Origin: Stegostoma tigrinum | Lineage: Eukaryota | Direction of reading: 5' to 3' | Assembly (NCBI RefSeq): GCF_030684315.1 | Contig: NC_081358.1 | Location: forward strand, 48,714,116-48,778,115 | DNA: 64,000 nt | In this document: positions 1-12,236 of the stretch, piece by piece | Position numbering within the stretch: position 1 is the first letter of the stretch | How the letters are laid out: every line of letters starts with the position of its first letter | The notes under the pieces: model-generated | The model's input: only the letters and a program-made list of their open reading frames with translations | What the model was told of the DNA's origin: nothing | Database searches by the model: none | Made by a program: the position numbers and the translations under genes

Positions 1-750
1 TCCCAGCATCCAGCAGTTAACTACTCCCAACCCTATCCCCAGAACCCAACTCTGCTCTGCACCATCCTCAGCACACAAGTTCCCACAGCCCCATCCCAGC
101 ACCCAACGCTCCCCAGCCCCAACCCTTGCACCCAACTCCACCCAGCCCACACCATTACCCAACACCCCTCCAGTGCCATTCTCAGACCCAACACACCCCA
201 GGCCCATCCCCAGCATCCAACTACCCCAGCCCCATACCCAAAACCCAACACCCCCAGCTCCATCCCCAGAACACAACTTCCCCCAACCCCATCTCCATCC
301 CCAGACCCAACTACCCTAGCTCCATTCCCAGCACACAACTTCTCCAGCTCCATCCCTAGCACCCAACTCCCTCAGCCCCATACCCAAAACCCAACTTCCT
401 CCAGCTCCATCTCCAGCACCAGCACCCAACATCTCTCGGCCCCAACCCAGCACCCAATTCACCCCACCACCCAACTCACCCCAGCCCTATCCCAGCACCC
501 AAGTCCCCCCAGCACCATCCACAGACGCAACTCCCCTGGCTCCATCTCCAGCACCCAACTCACCCCAGCCCCACCCCACCACCCATCTCCCCCAGCCCTA
601 TACCCAAAACCCAAATCTCTCCAGCACCATCCCCAGTACTCAACTCCTTCCAAGCCCCATCCCCATCTCCAACACCCAATTTCTCCCAGGCCCCAATACC
701 CCCAGCTCCACACCCCAATAACGCCCAGCTCATCCCATCCTCAACCCCAT
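1..750. repeat. Degenerate C-rich minisatellite (~27-28 bp unit, CCCAGCACCCAACTCCCCCAGCCCCAT-like)
   Basis: Recurrent CCCAGCACCCAAC / CCCAAAACCCAAC / CCAGCTCCATC motifs with strong C-skew. Runs off the left edge. ORFs here are compositional artefacts. Confidence 0.85.
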
Positions 751-1861
751 TCCTAACTCTGCACCCAGCTGCTGAAGTTCTGACCGGTTGCTATCCAACT
801 GCCACTGTAAATGAAAGGGTCAGTGTCCAGAGTAAAACAAAGACCGTCCACACTCCACCTGTCCTCACAACATATGTGTGAAGGAAAGAATGTTTTAAAA
901 AACAAAGGCCTCAAACACCAGAAGTGAAAATAAATAATTTGGGCTAGATGACTGGAATGGCAACCCTCAGCAGGATATTTCAAAGGTGCAAATTTCCTAA
1001 ATTCTCAAAGTAAGGTTGGAAAGGCTGCACATGACACCAAAGCTAACTAAATGTGGCATTAAGGGGTTTAGGTAGAATTGAAATCAACGAGAATCTGGAT
1101 GAAGACTCTCTGCTGGTTGAACGTTACCCAGCACCAAGCCAGATGTTTGTGGTCATTAGAGACCAATTAGCTGCACACCAGTGACATCTGTTCCACAGGG
1201 TGGGCCCAGGGCATGTTAATAGAAATTTGTCACTGTACTGAATAGTACATTCTTCTTTCAACGACTAAACCCGTCTGTAACTCTACCTATGATAAATGAA
1301 CTGAAACTTTTATTGTGTTCTAATGCAATCATTAATTCTCCCTGGAATCTTTCATGAGTAAAGTTAAAGTTCATGTGGAAGGCTGAATTACCTGTAATTG
1401 GTTTTCAGATTAGAAATCTTTTGGTAGGACAACAGACAATGAACGGGCACCAAGAATGTTGCGAATCAGATGGCAGGAATTTTCTTTGCTGATGTGACCT
1501 CACTGGGGACTGGTTGGGCCTGGGAATGGTTGACAGGGAGCTCAGGATTGGAACACCAACTGTAATTGTGACTTCTGGTAGGCAAATAGAGTGTGCAGGA
1601 CTACCTTGCAAAATGGTGGCATAATAAATAGATTTCAACTGTGATTAGGATCAACACATCTTCTAGTTATTCAAAATTTTTGCTACTATAATTGCAATTG
1701 TCCAGTTATCCAGTGGAAGGCATTTTCTAGTTCATCAGGTCCTTGCGCAATCCTTTAGCATCACTGAAACCTTCTCATTGAAATATGGTCACATTGAAAG
1801 TTCTGATGACACTGTAAATCTCAATCATGTTAATGATATTCATTATCAACTGAATCAGCAG

Positions 1862-3837
1862 AACAAAGTATGGAGCTGGATGAACACAGCAGGCCAAGCA
1901 GCATCTTAGGACCACAAAAGCTGACATTTCGGGCCTAGACCTTTCATCAGAAAAGGGGGATGGGGAGAGGATTCAGAAATAAATAGGGAGAGAGGGGGAG
2001 GCAGACTGAAGATGGATAGAGGAAAAGATAGGTGGAGAGGAGAGTATTTGTGGTGAGGTAGGGAGGGGATAGGTCAGTCTGGGGAGGATGGACAAGTCAA
2101 GGGGGTGGGATGAGGCTAATAGGTTGGAAATGGAGGTGCAGTTTGAGGTGGGAGGAGGGGATAAGTGAGAGGAAGAACAGGTTATGGCGGTGGGAAAGAG
2201 CTGGGCTGGTTTTGGGATGCAGTGGAGGGAGGGGAGATTTTGAAGCTGGTGAAATCCACATTGATACCATTGGGCTGCAGGGTGCCCAAGCGGAATATGA
2301 GTTGCTGTTCCTGCAGCCTACGGGTGGCATCATTATGGCGCTGTAGGAGGCCCAGGATAGACATGTCGTCTAAGGAATGGGAGGGGGAGTTGAAATGGTT
2401 CATGACTGGGAGATGCAGTTGTTTATTGCGAACCGAGCGGAGGTGTTCTGCAAAGCGGTCCCCAAGCCTCCGCTTGGTTTCCCCAATGTAGAGGAAGCCA
2501 CACCGGGTACAATGGATACAGTATACCACATTGGCAGATGTGCAGGTGAACATGTGCTTGCTGTGGAAAGTCATCTTGGGGCCTGGGATGGGGGTGAGGG
2601 AGGAGGTGTGGGGGCAAGTGTAGCGGTTGCAGGAGAAAGTGACGAGTGTGGTGGGGTTGGAGTGGAAGGTGGAGCAGATAAGGGAGTCACGGAGAGAGTG
2701 GTCTCTCCGGAAGGCAGACAAGGGTGGGGATGGAAAAATGTTTTTAGTGGTGGGGTCGGATTGTAGATGGCAGAAATGTTGGAGGATGATGTGTTGTATC
2801 TGGAGGTAGGTGGGATGGTATGTGAGGACTAGGGGGATTCTCTTTTGGCGGTTGTGGCGGGGGCGGGGTGTGAGGGATGAGGTGTGGGGAATGCGGGAGA
2901 CATGGCCAAGGGCGTTCTCGACCACTGTGGGGGTGAAGTTGTGGTCCTTGAACGTGGACATCTGGGATGCACGGGAGTAAAATGCCTCATCCTGGGAGCA
3001 GATGCAGCGGAGATGAAAGAATTGGGAATGGGGATGGAATTTTTGCAGGAAGGTGGGTGGGAGGAGGTGTATTCCAGGTAGCTGTGGGAGTCGGTGGGCT
3101 TGAAATGGACATTGGTTTCGAGGTGGTTGTCTGAGGTGGAGACAGAGAGGTCCAGGAAGGTGAGAGATGTGTTGGAGATGGCCCAGGTGAACTTAAGGTT
3201 GGGGTGGAAGGTGTAGGTGAAGTGGATGAACTGTTCGAGCTCCTCTTGGGGGCACGAGGTGATGCTGATACAGTCATCAATGTAACGGAGGAAGAGGTGG
3301 AGTTTTGGGCCAGTGTAGGTGCAAAAGAGGGACTGTTCCACATAACCTACAAAGAGGCATATTCTGCTTGAGAACCCTACAGCCCAATGGTATCAATGTG
3401 GATTTCATCAACTTCAAAATCACCCATCCCCCCACTGCATCCCAAAACCACCCCAGCTCCTCCCAGTCTCCTTAACCTGTTCTTCCTCTCACCTATCCCC
3501 TCCTCCCACCTCAAGTCGCACCTCCATTTCCTACCTACTAACCCTCTTCTCGCCCCCTTGACCTGTCTGTCCTTCCCAGACTGGTCTACCCCCTCACTAC
3601 CTTCCCACCCATACTCTCCTCTCCACCTATCTTCTCCTCTATCCATCTTCGGTCCGCCTCCCCCTCTCTCCCTATTTATTGCAGAATCCTCTCCCCATCC
3701 CCCTTTTCTGATGAAGGGGCTAGGCCTGAAACGCCAGCTTTTATGCTCCTCTGATGCTGCTTGGCCTGCTGGGTTCATCCAGCTCCACACTTTATTATCT
3801 CAGATTCTCCAGCATCTGCAGTTCCCATTATCTCTGA
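1862..3837. mobile_element. Penelope-like element (probably Neptune-type), tail-out inverted insertion
   Basis: Minus arm ~1862-3358 (RT end + GIY-YIG + 3' tail) is joined to a plus-strand 3' fragment ~3359-3837. TSD TATCAACTGAATC(A/G)GC at 1844-1859 and 3838-3853. Confidence 0.92.
2182..3341 (-). pseudogene. Frameshifted PLE ORF: RT C-terminal part and GIY-YIG endonuclease
   Basis: ORF 2829-3341 has FLRYIDDC and HFKPTDSHSYL. ORF 2182-2961 has IPLVLTYHP, a Cys-containing linker and VYCIHCTRCGFLYIGETKRRLGDRFAEH. Confidence 0.92.
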
Positions 3838-4019
3838 TATCAACTGAATCGGCGGTTGGGTTAATAATGACTGAGAAACGCCAAATAATTATTTTGACAA
3901 GTTCTGTTTTTTGATTTAATAAGTGTAGGTAGACGTTGAGAAGTTTTATTGCGCTTTTGACTGAGAGAAATGTCATCACTGCACAGAAATAAATTGTGCT
4001 CCTTGATCCTGTAGATTAA

Positions 4020-4112
4020 AAAAAACTTCATTCATATAGCGCTGTTCACAACCTCCTCCAAAGTATTCTACAGCCATTAAAAGCCCCTGACATTTGTCAC
4101 TATAGTAATGTA
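4020..4112 (-). mobile_element. L2/Deu-SINE type 3' tail remnant
   Basis: CATATAGCGCTGTTCACAACCTC...CTACAGCCATTAA...GTCACT resembles the reverse complement of the common shark L2/Deu-SINE tail. A similar remnant lies at ~45327-45400. Confidence 0.45.
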
Positions 4113-6109
4113 CAACATCCTTTAGCACAGTGATTTGTTTTGATTTATGTTCCTTGCTTGCTTTAATTTATGCTGCCAATAACCTCAATTAGGCCAACTT
4201 AAAATGCATTTTCAAAATAGAACAGACAACCCCTTAGTTACGCTGTCTGTCATGAGCTAAACGATATTGATGTTGCATTAAATGATCCACTCTGGAGTTT
4301 ATTTCACTGCACTTTGTGAGATAATATCAAGTCCTGTCTATTTTACTTTATCAATGCGTATCGCATTGTCATTGTCAGGTCCTTAGGTTTATGTAAATTT
4401 TCTTATTCAAGTTATTTAAAGGTACAACAATAGGTGGCAGTGTCATTCCACTACTTTGACTCATTTGCAAATTGCCCCGCAGTTTTTAACCACTGCTACA
4501 ATCGAGAACCTCGGGCTGAATCTAACAAGTCTAATCGCACGGATGAAGCAGAAGTGTGACCAAAAAAAGGCAGTTTCATTGCGGTAGTATCAAAGATAGC
4601 AATAGAAAGACAGGCCCACACGTCTTTACTGAAAAAAACCTCTCAGCATCAGGTTAGTTTGAAAACTGGAGATTTGAGTTGACTGAAGACATATATTATA
4701 AAAAACATCTGTTCTAAGGATCACCCCCACACATTCCTGCTCTCAGTCACATTGAGCCCATTGTTCATGCAATAGTAATTTTTGCTTGAAAATTAGCAAG
4801 GAAATCAGGATGAAATTGTGTAAGTGTTTTCATCAGTGAAACTAAAATTCTAGGCTGTGTTAAATGTCATGTCAGACCAAACAGTTGTGAAAATAACAAA
4901 TGTCTTTGGGTCTTTTACAAAAGCTAGAGAGATACCAACATCATGAATAGCAGTAAAACTGTGCAGGAATGAAAACATTCAGTTTTAGGCTTGCAAACAT
5001 TTTTGAAAAGATATTGCACATCATATGAAGGGTGGAATTATCCGTGAGCTACTAGTTTGAAGCCTGTACCGGTTCAGAGTGAAGCAAAACTGGCAGGCTC
5101 AGGTTATGCTACTCCTGGGGCAGATAACTACCAGTGAACATCAAATGGTGAGTGCAAAAGTGTTACAAAGTGTTCTCCAACTCCATGCATACTGCTAAGT
5201 TCAAATCAGATTTGCTTCATAGGCAAATTTAATTTATTATTTTTATCAGGTGTGTTCTATTCAAAGGCAGGCTCTTAGTTCATAGTAGTCTTTCCATGCC
5301 TCTCTAATCTCTACCAGTCTTTATATTTGCCTATAACTTCTTTCATTTCTCATATAATCTAATATTGGTATTCTCTGCCTTCATTTTTTTCCTTCAAATC
5401 TTCTCTGTGTAACATCTCCTACAAGTCTTTCCCTTAAGATGATCTCTGTTTCTGATTATGTTCAGCAAATTTCTTTGTTCAATTTCCACAGCAATTACAC
5501 AGAATCTCCACCATCAAACCATTTCCTTAACTATAATTTTTCAGGTCCATTTTCTGTTGACTAATCATGCAGAAGTCTCTAAATGCATGAATGCTTGCAG
5601 GGAGTATTGCGCGACACCATGGGCCATTTTCTTGTTGTTACAATTGAGTTAGGAGTAGTGAACTGATTCCCTCTCTTGTCTGACTTCTCTAATAGTCGCA
5701 ACGAAGGTTGAATTTTAAAAAGAAATGATATTGCCACTTATCTATATGTTAGACTGTATGTAGTTTGGTCATAAAGTCATAGAATAATACAGCATGGAAA
5801 CAGGCCCCTTCAGCCCAAAACTGGTCCGTGCTGACCATGGTGCCCAATCAGCTAGTTCCACTTGTCTGCATTTGGTCCTTATCCCTCTAAACCTTTCCCA
5901 TCCATGTACTTTTCCAAATGCCTTTCAAATGTTTCTATTGTACCTGCCTCAACCACTTTCCCTGGCAGCCCATTCCACAAATGCACCACTCTCTGTGTGA
6001 AGAGGTTGCCCCTCAAGTCCTTCTTCAAGCTATCCTCTCTCATCTTAAACCTATGCCCTCTAATTTTCAATTCCCCATCCCTGGGGGAAAAAAAAACTAT
6101 ACATTCAAA

Positions 6110-6286
6110 TACAAATACAGTGTGGAGCTGGAGGAGCACAGCAGGCCAGGCAGCAAAGGAGCAGGAAAGTTTTGGGTCCAAAACATCAACTTTCCTGCTC
6201 CTCTGATGCTGCCTGGCCTGCTGTGCTCCTCCAGCTCCACACTGTGTTATGTCTGACTCCAGCATTGGTAGCTTTTACTATCTCTG
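6110..6286. mobile_element. Short fold-back element made of two inverted PLE-type tails
   Basis: CAGTGTGGAGCTGGAGGAGCACAGCAGGCCAGGCAGCA is inverted against TGCTGCCTGGCCTGCTGTGCTCCTCCAGCTCCACACTG. Flanking TACATTCA at 6100-6107 and 6289-6296, inside the CR1. Confidence 0.75.
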
Positions 6287-6460
6287 TCTACATTCACCCT
6301 ATCTATGTCCCTCATGATTTTATACACCTAAAAGTCACCCTTCATTCTCCTATGTTCCAAGGAATAAAGTCCTATCCTGGTCAACCTCTCTCTATAACTC
6401 AGGCCTACTAGTTCTGGCAACATCCTTGTAAATCTTCTTTGCACACTTATCAGTTTAAAT

Positions 6461-6889
6461 AGATAACAAAGTGTGGCGCTGGATGAACACAGCAGGCCAA
6501 GCAGCATCTCAGGAGCACAAAAGCTGATGTTTCGGGCCTAGACCCTTCATCAGAAAAGGGGGATGGGGAGAGGGTTCTGAAATAAATAGGGAGAGAGGGG
6601 GAGGCAGATCAAAGATGGATAGAGGAGAAGCAGTGGGAGAGAGATCCCCTAAGGTTTGTCTGGAGGGAGGAGGGTAACTTCTTCATCCCTGGAAGAGGCT
6701 TCGCAGTGAGGTTAAAATTGTATCAGAGATAATGGGAACTGCAGATGCTGGAGAATCTGAGATAACAAAGTGTGGAGCTGGGTGAACACAGCAGAAGTGC
6801 TCCTCAGATGCTGCTTGGCCTGCTCTGTTCATCCAGCTTCACACTTTGTTATCTCGGATTCTCCAGCATCTGCAGTTCCCATTATCTCT
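6461..6889. mobile_element. Rearranged PLE tail insertion (tail, read-through segment, tail, inverted tail)
   Basis: Same tail family as 1862-3837. TSD CAGTTTAA(A/C)TA at 6451-6461 and 6892-6902. Confidence 0.88.
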
Positions 6890-8299
6890 TCCAGTTTAAC
6901 TATGTCTTTCCTGTAACAGGGTGACCAAAACTGTACACAATAGTTCAAGTGTGGCCTCACCAAAGACTTAAACAACTGTAACATAACGTCCCAACTCCTA
7001 TACTCAATGCCTTGACTGATAAAGACCAGCATGCTAAACCCCTTCTTCACCACCCTATCCACCTGTGATGCTGCTTTCAACGAACTATGTACTTGTACTC
7101 CTATGTACTTCTGTTCCACAACATTCCTTAGGATCTTACCATTTATTTGATAAGTCCTACATTGGTTTGACTTTCTAAAATATAACACCTCATGCTTATT
7201 TGTATTAAAATTTCATTTGCCAATCCGTTGCCCACTTTCCCATCTGATCAAGATCCCTCTGTAATTTTTGATAACCTTCCTTGCAGTCAATGATACTTCC
7301 TAATTTCATGCCATCAGAAAAGTTACTAACCATACCTTGTACACTCCCATTCAGATAATTTATGTAAATGACAAATAACAAAGGTCCCAGCCCGAGCCCT
7401 GTGGGACACCACTAGTAACAGGCCTCCTGTCCGAGAAACAGCTTTCAATCACCACCCTTTGCTTCCTACCATCGAGCCAATTTTAAATCCAATTAGCTAG
7501 CTCTCCCTGGATCCCATCCAGGTTTCTTTAATAACAAACATGGAATTCACTTATTTTAAACAAATCTACTCACACGGAGATGTAACAATTATTTACACAA
7601 GGTTTAAACTGTGTGAAGAGGCACAGAACTATCCTTCTTAAAGAATAACATATTCAACCTTCAATAATGGGGAGAAAAACAAATTCTGCAGTGTTATCTT
7701 AACAGTAACTTTGGCCAAGTAACAACTAAGTTCAGGAAAAAAAACCTAATCAAAGATTGTCCAGATGTTAAACTGTAGGCAAAGTCACCTGTCAAGATAT
7801 TTTCCTGGATCAGCTATTGTTGGCTGAATTCACTTTTATTGGAGACAATGGTGTGGATTTCAAGTTCTCCTTTAGGAGTCCTCCACTTGTGGTGCTGAGG
7901 TTTTCCAATGTATATATAACTCACAAACATTGACAAGAGGGATTTCTGAGAAAAGTGAAAGTAGGCAAGTTATCTTTCTCATCTCTCTCTCTCTCTCTTT
8001 CCCTCTCTATGTCCAAATACGACATCATTTATTTTTGTCCATTAACCGAATCAAGGGGCCTCCCTCTGAAAGTGTTGCAGATTTGGTGCCTTCATCCAGG
8101 TATTATAATGTTATCAATGCTGTAACTGATGGAGCTTTTTTCACAAAGTGCTCTTTCCAAAAATATGCATTTATGCACACACATATACATAAGTCCACTT
8201 AATTACACAATAAACTAAAATTTTGGACAGTAATGCTACTAGGGCCTCTTCAAGTAAATAAACAAACTTTAAAGATCTACAGTCTCTTCAAAAGGCTGT

Positions 8300-8760
8300 G
8301 TAGAGAAGATAAATAAGTAACATAAGTGGATAAGGGATTAGGGTACCAGTTGGGTGAGGACATAGAGAGGGAAGTAAGTGGGTAATGACAAAGCTGGCAG
8401 GTTTTTGGATGAAATGTTAAGGTAGGTGTTTTAATTAGGGGCAGGGTGCCAGGTGGGTGGGTGAGGGCAAAAGTTGTGAGTTGTAATTTGGTGAGGGGAC
8501 AGAGTGGCAAGTGAATGAAGGAGTAGTGACAGATGAGTGAGAGGGTGGGATGGCAGGTGGATGAAGGAGTAGGGTAGCTGGTAGGTGAGGGGTCGGTTAG
8601 CAAGTGGGTGCATGACAGGTTTGGATGGCAAGTGGTGAGGTTTTAGGGTGGCAGTTGGGCTGAGTGGATGAGGGGAGCAGATGGCTCAGAGGATCAGTAT
8701 AGTGAGTAAGTGGTGAACGTGGATAAGGTTGGGCCAGGATGGAGTGTGAAAGGTCAAAGG
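8300..8760. repeat. Purine/G-rich low-complexity tract (GGTGGGTGAG-like), probably inside an old non-autonomous element
   Basis: Repeated GGTGG/GTGAG/GGATG words. No credible ORF. Confidence 0.45.
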
Positions 8761-9073
8761 TTTATTGCACCTCATGCCAGTGAGCAGGCCATTTGTCCAG
8801 GCAAGGATCAGGTACTGGGTGCATTTATTACTGTGAAGGTACAATTGGGTGTGTATGGGAAGGTCACTGTGCACGAGTGTCGATTCAATAGTTTGGCGTA
8901 ATTGTCCAGGAGTTTGAGCAGGTTTTAATATTTCTAAATTAGTCCGAACTCTCTGAAATTTCTCTGACTCAAAGTTCGGGATATCTTTGGAGCGTTTCAG
9001 ACACAGGCAATGGCCCATCAGAAATTTCAACTTCCTGAGCAATTACCTTGTTGGTGTGTGTTGGGAATCCTAA

Positions 9074-9366
9074 GAGTGGCATGGTGGCTCAATGGTTAGC
9101 ACTGTAACCTCACAGCACTAAGGACCCAGGTTCGATTCTACCCTCAGGTGACCGCCTGTATGGAGTTTGCACGTTCTCCTCATGTCTGCATTGGTTTCCT
9201 CTGGGTGCTCTGGTTTCTTCCCACAGTCCCAAAGATCTGCAGGTTAGGTGGATTGACCATGCAGGGATGTATGGGGAGATGGGTCTGGGTGGGGTGCTTC
9301 AAGGATTGGCGTGGACTTGTTGAGCCAAAGGGCCTGTTTCCACACGGTAGCAATTCTATGATTCTG
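9074..9366 (+). mobile_element. HE1-type tRNA-derived SINE
   Basis: A box GGTGGCTCAATGG, B box GGTTCGATTCT, core TGGAGTTTGCACGTTCTCC and CR1-like tail TCTATGATTC. Confidence 0.9.
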
Positions 9367-10039
9367 TGAAGCTCCTGAAGCCTATCTTTCAGAATGTGTT
9401 CATTCTCCAACAATCCGGAAGCCAGAAAAATCTTTGTCTGTATGAGAAAGCAGTTTTTTTCCTTTGAACAAATTTTCAATAATTTAAAATTAGATTATTC
9501 ACATTTGGTGGATTGATGCTGCGGCCCGATGTTATACCCCTGAAGTAGGGGTGCAAAGTTTGCGAATTTCTCCCATCTGCCAACCTGATTCAGAGGAAAC
9601 TGCTCCAATCTGCCACATTTCTGTTCTGGGAATGGGGGATTGGGGCAGGGTGGGGTGGGGATAGGTTTTGTACTGGAGTCAGACTCGATGCACTGGAAGC
9701 AGTGCTTTTGTAGCCACAAGGACTGCAGCATGCTAAGGAAGCTACTGGTTAAAAAGCCAATCTTAGTAATGTGCAGCTTCCTCTCCATTATAATAAGAAC
9801 AGATGGCACTCTAGCCTTTACCCCTGACAACCCTCGCCACCTGTGCCTGCCTAACTATTCTTCATCCAAGCATCCATTGTTCCCCACAGCTATATAGAGC
9901 ACTTATGCACAATTAGTGCTTATTCATTCCAAATCATGTCCCCACAAAGCACCCTTTTCTTTTTCACTCTCTGTGCCAACTCAGCAAATATCCACCCTGG
10001 GTAGACTTCATGAGGAATGCTGAGATAAAATAGTTTGAC

Positions 10040-11017
10040 TCTGTTAAAGTAGAAAACTGAAGGAGCTTTGCAGGAACATTATTAGGTAAGGCACTGAGCC
10101 ATGTAAGGGGATACTAAGACAACTGGTCCAAAGCTTGATAAAAGAGATAATGGGAACTGCAGATGCTGGAGAATCCAAGATAACAAAGTGTGGAGCTGGA
10201 TGAACACAGCAGGCCAAGCAGCATCTCAGGAGCACAAAAGCTGACGTTTCGGGCCTAGACTCTTCATCAGAGAGGGGGTGGGGAGAGGGAACTGGAATAA
10301 ACCAAGGGGAAACCAAGCGGAGGCTTGGGGACCGCTTTGCAGAACACCTCCGCTCAGTTCGCAACAAACAACTGCACCTCCCAGTCGCAAACCATTTCCA
10401 CTCCCCCTCCCATTCTCTAGATGACATGCCCATCATGGGCCTCCTGCAGTGCCACAATGATGCCACCTGAAGGTTGCAGGAACAGCAACTCATATTCCAC
10501 CTAGGAACCCTGCAGCCTAATGGTATTAATGTGGACTTCACCGGTTTAAAATCTCCCCTTCCCCCACTGCATCCCAAAACCAGCCCAGCTCGTCCCCTCC
10601 CCCCACTGCACCACATAACCAGTCCAGCTCTTCCCCTCCACCCACTGCATCCCAAAACCAGTCCAACCTGTCTCTGCCTCCCTAACCTGTTCTTCCTCTC
10701 ACCCATCCCTTCCTCCCACCCCAAGCCACACCCCCATCTACCTACTAATCTCATCCCACCTCCTTGACCTGTCCGTCTTCCCTGGACTGACCTATCCCCT
10801 CCCTACCTCCCCACCTATACTCTCTCCACCTATCTTCTTTACTCTCCATCTTCGGTCCGCCTCCCCATCCTCTCCCTGATAAAAGAGGTTTGTTTTAATG
10901 AATACTTTAAATGAAAGTAGGTTGATGGAAAAAATTCCAGTGCCGAGGGTCCAACTACCCAATGGCAAGACCAATCGGCGACGCACAAGATGCCAGAATT
11001 GAAGAAGAACAGGAAAC
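10040..11017 (-). mobile_element. L2 3' fragment interrupted by a PLE; inverted partner of 11967-12207
   Basis: After removing the PLE, the sequence aligns to the reverse complement of 11967-12207 with few differences. Confidence 0.7.
10144..10876. mobile_element. PLE tail-out inverted insertion with GIY-YIG fragment
   Basis: Minus tail 10144-10300 joined to a plus fragment starting GGGGAAACCAAGCGGAGG (GETKRR). TSD TGATAAAAGAG at 10136-10146 and 10877-10887. Confidence 0.92.
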
Positions 11018-11859
11018 TGTTTTTAAAATGTAAAAACTTTTAACATTCCTTCTTGTTCTTGATACGTTTTAAAAGCAAATGTTCATATTCTTGACCCTTG
11101 TTAAAAGACAATTATCTTTTAACAACCACTTGGATTTAATTCTAACTCTTCCACAACCTATGTTGTACAGGATGTAGTAGCAGTCAAGCCATAATAAAAC
11201 TATAATGATAACCTAAAGTTTATGTCAACAAACTAGGGAAGGGGGAAACACATTTTTTGAAGCTGGAACAATTTTGAATATAATTTATACCAGAATCGAA
11301 ATGCTGTGCAAGGTGCGAATTTAACTTATAGTTAATTCTTCTGATTTGTGCCTACTTTATGTTAAAAAAAATGTCTAGACTATTCGCATGAAATAAGATG
11401 CTCATGAAATTTTGCCTCAAGTTATATTTTAGCTGAAATGGTGTCCAATAATTTTAGCACATTATCTGAACACAAGATTCTTCCCTGCTCCAAAAAGAAA
11501 ATAGAGGTTTTTGACAATCAAGGTTTTCATCCCCCCAACCAATCCCATTCTTTAAATGTGGATTGAACTTCTGGGAATTCTGGTTAAATGAAGAAAGCTT
11601 GAAGTATACTGACTGGACTCTAGAGGAAGAATACAGCCAGAGCAGTGATGACACTGGAAGTTTGATGTTGCCTCTTTAACTAAACATAGCAACTGTTCTC
11701 TTCTGGCGCTGAAATCACTTTGCTCAAAATGGTATATCGATGACATAAATTCAGCTTTAGAGGATTATTTTCAAGTTTGAATAGGAGCTCACATTCTTTT
11801 TGCCTACAGCAAACTCTTGAACTCAGCACTGACTTGTTCTGCAGAAAAACTTATAGTGA

Positions 11860-12236
11860 TAGCGCTGTGCAAGACTTCCTTTTTAATCATGTCCCAATGT
11901 TTAAATCCCTTCCATGGCCTCACCCCTTCGTACTTCTGTGCATTCTTTAGCCTTACAATCCTCAACGTTTCCTGTCCTTCTTCAATTCTGGCATCCTGTA
12001 CATTGCCGATTGATAGTCTTGTCATCAGGTAGTTGGACCCTCGTCTCTGGAATTTTCTCCATCAACCCCTCTACTTTCATTTAAGGCATTCATTAAAAGA
12101 AACCTTTTTATCAGGCTTTGGGCCAGTTGTCTTAGTATCCCCTTACATGGCTCAGTGCGTTACCTATGTTCCTGCAAAGCACCTTCACAGTTTTCTACTT
12201 TAACAGAATTATATATACCTGAGTTTTTGTTGTTGC
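11860..12236 (+). mobile_element. L2 LINE 3' end remnant
   Basis: Encodes NPFHGLTPSYFC-like L2 ORF2 C-terminus and ends in a TTGTTGTTG tail. Confidence 0.65.

Larger units (their letters stand above)
5768..7518 (-). mobile_element. CR1 LINE 3' portion with two nested PLE insertions
   Basis: Minus ORFs give RGHRFKMREDSLKKDLRGNLFTQRVVHLWNGLP and QLFKSLVRPHLNYCVQFWSP. The 3' tail TCATAAAGTCATAGAA lies at ~5769. Confidence 0.92.

Noticed and set aside
769-881. Possible terminal exon on plus (CCTAAC...CAG acceptor, AEVLTGCYPT...PPVLTTYV*, AATAAA at ~928). There is also a good acceptor on minus (CTGAC...TTTACAG).
   Set aside because: No recognisable homology, the two strand readings conflict and no partner exons were found. 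Needs RNA-seq or tBLASTn.
9074-9145. tRNA gene-like A and B boxes (also 25305, 26870, 46340, 60650)
   Set aside because: These are SINE heads continuing into SINE core and tail, not stand-alone tRNAs.
11454-11746. Short ORFs between the L2 inverted arms as a circularising exon
   Set aside because: No homology and no convincing splice-site pair.
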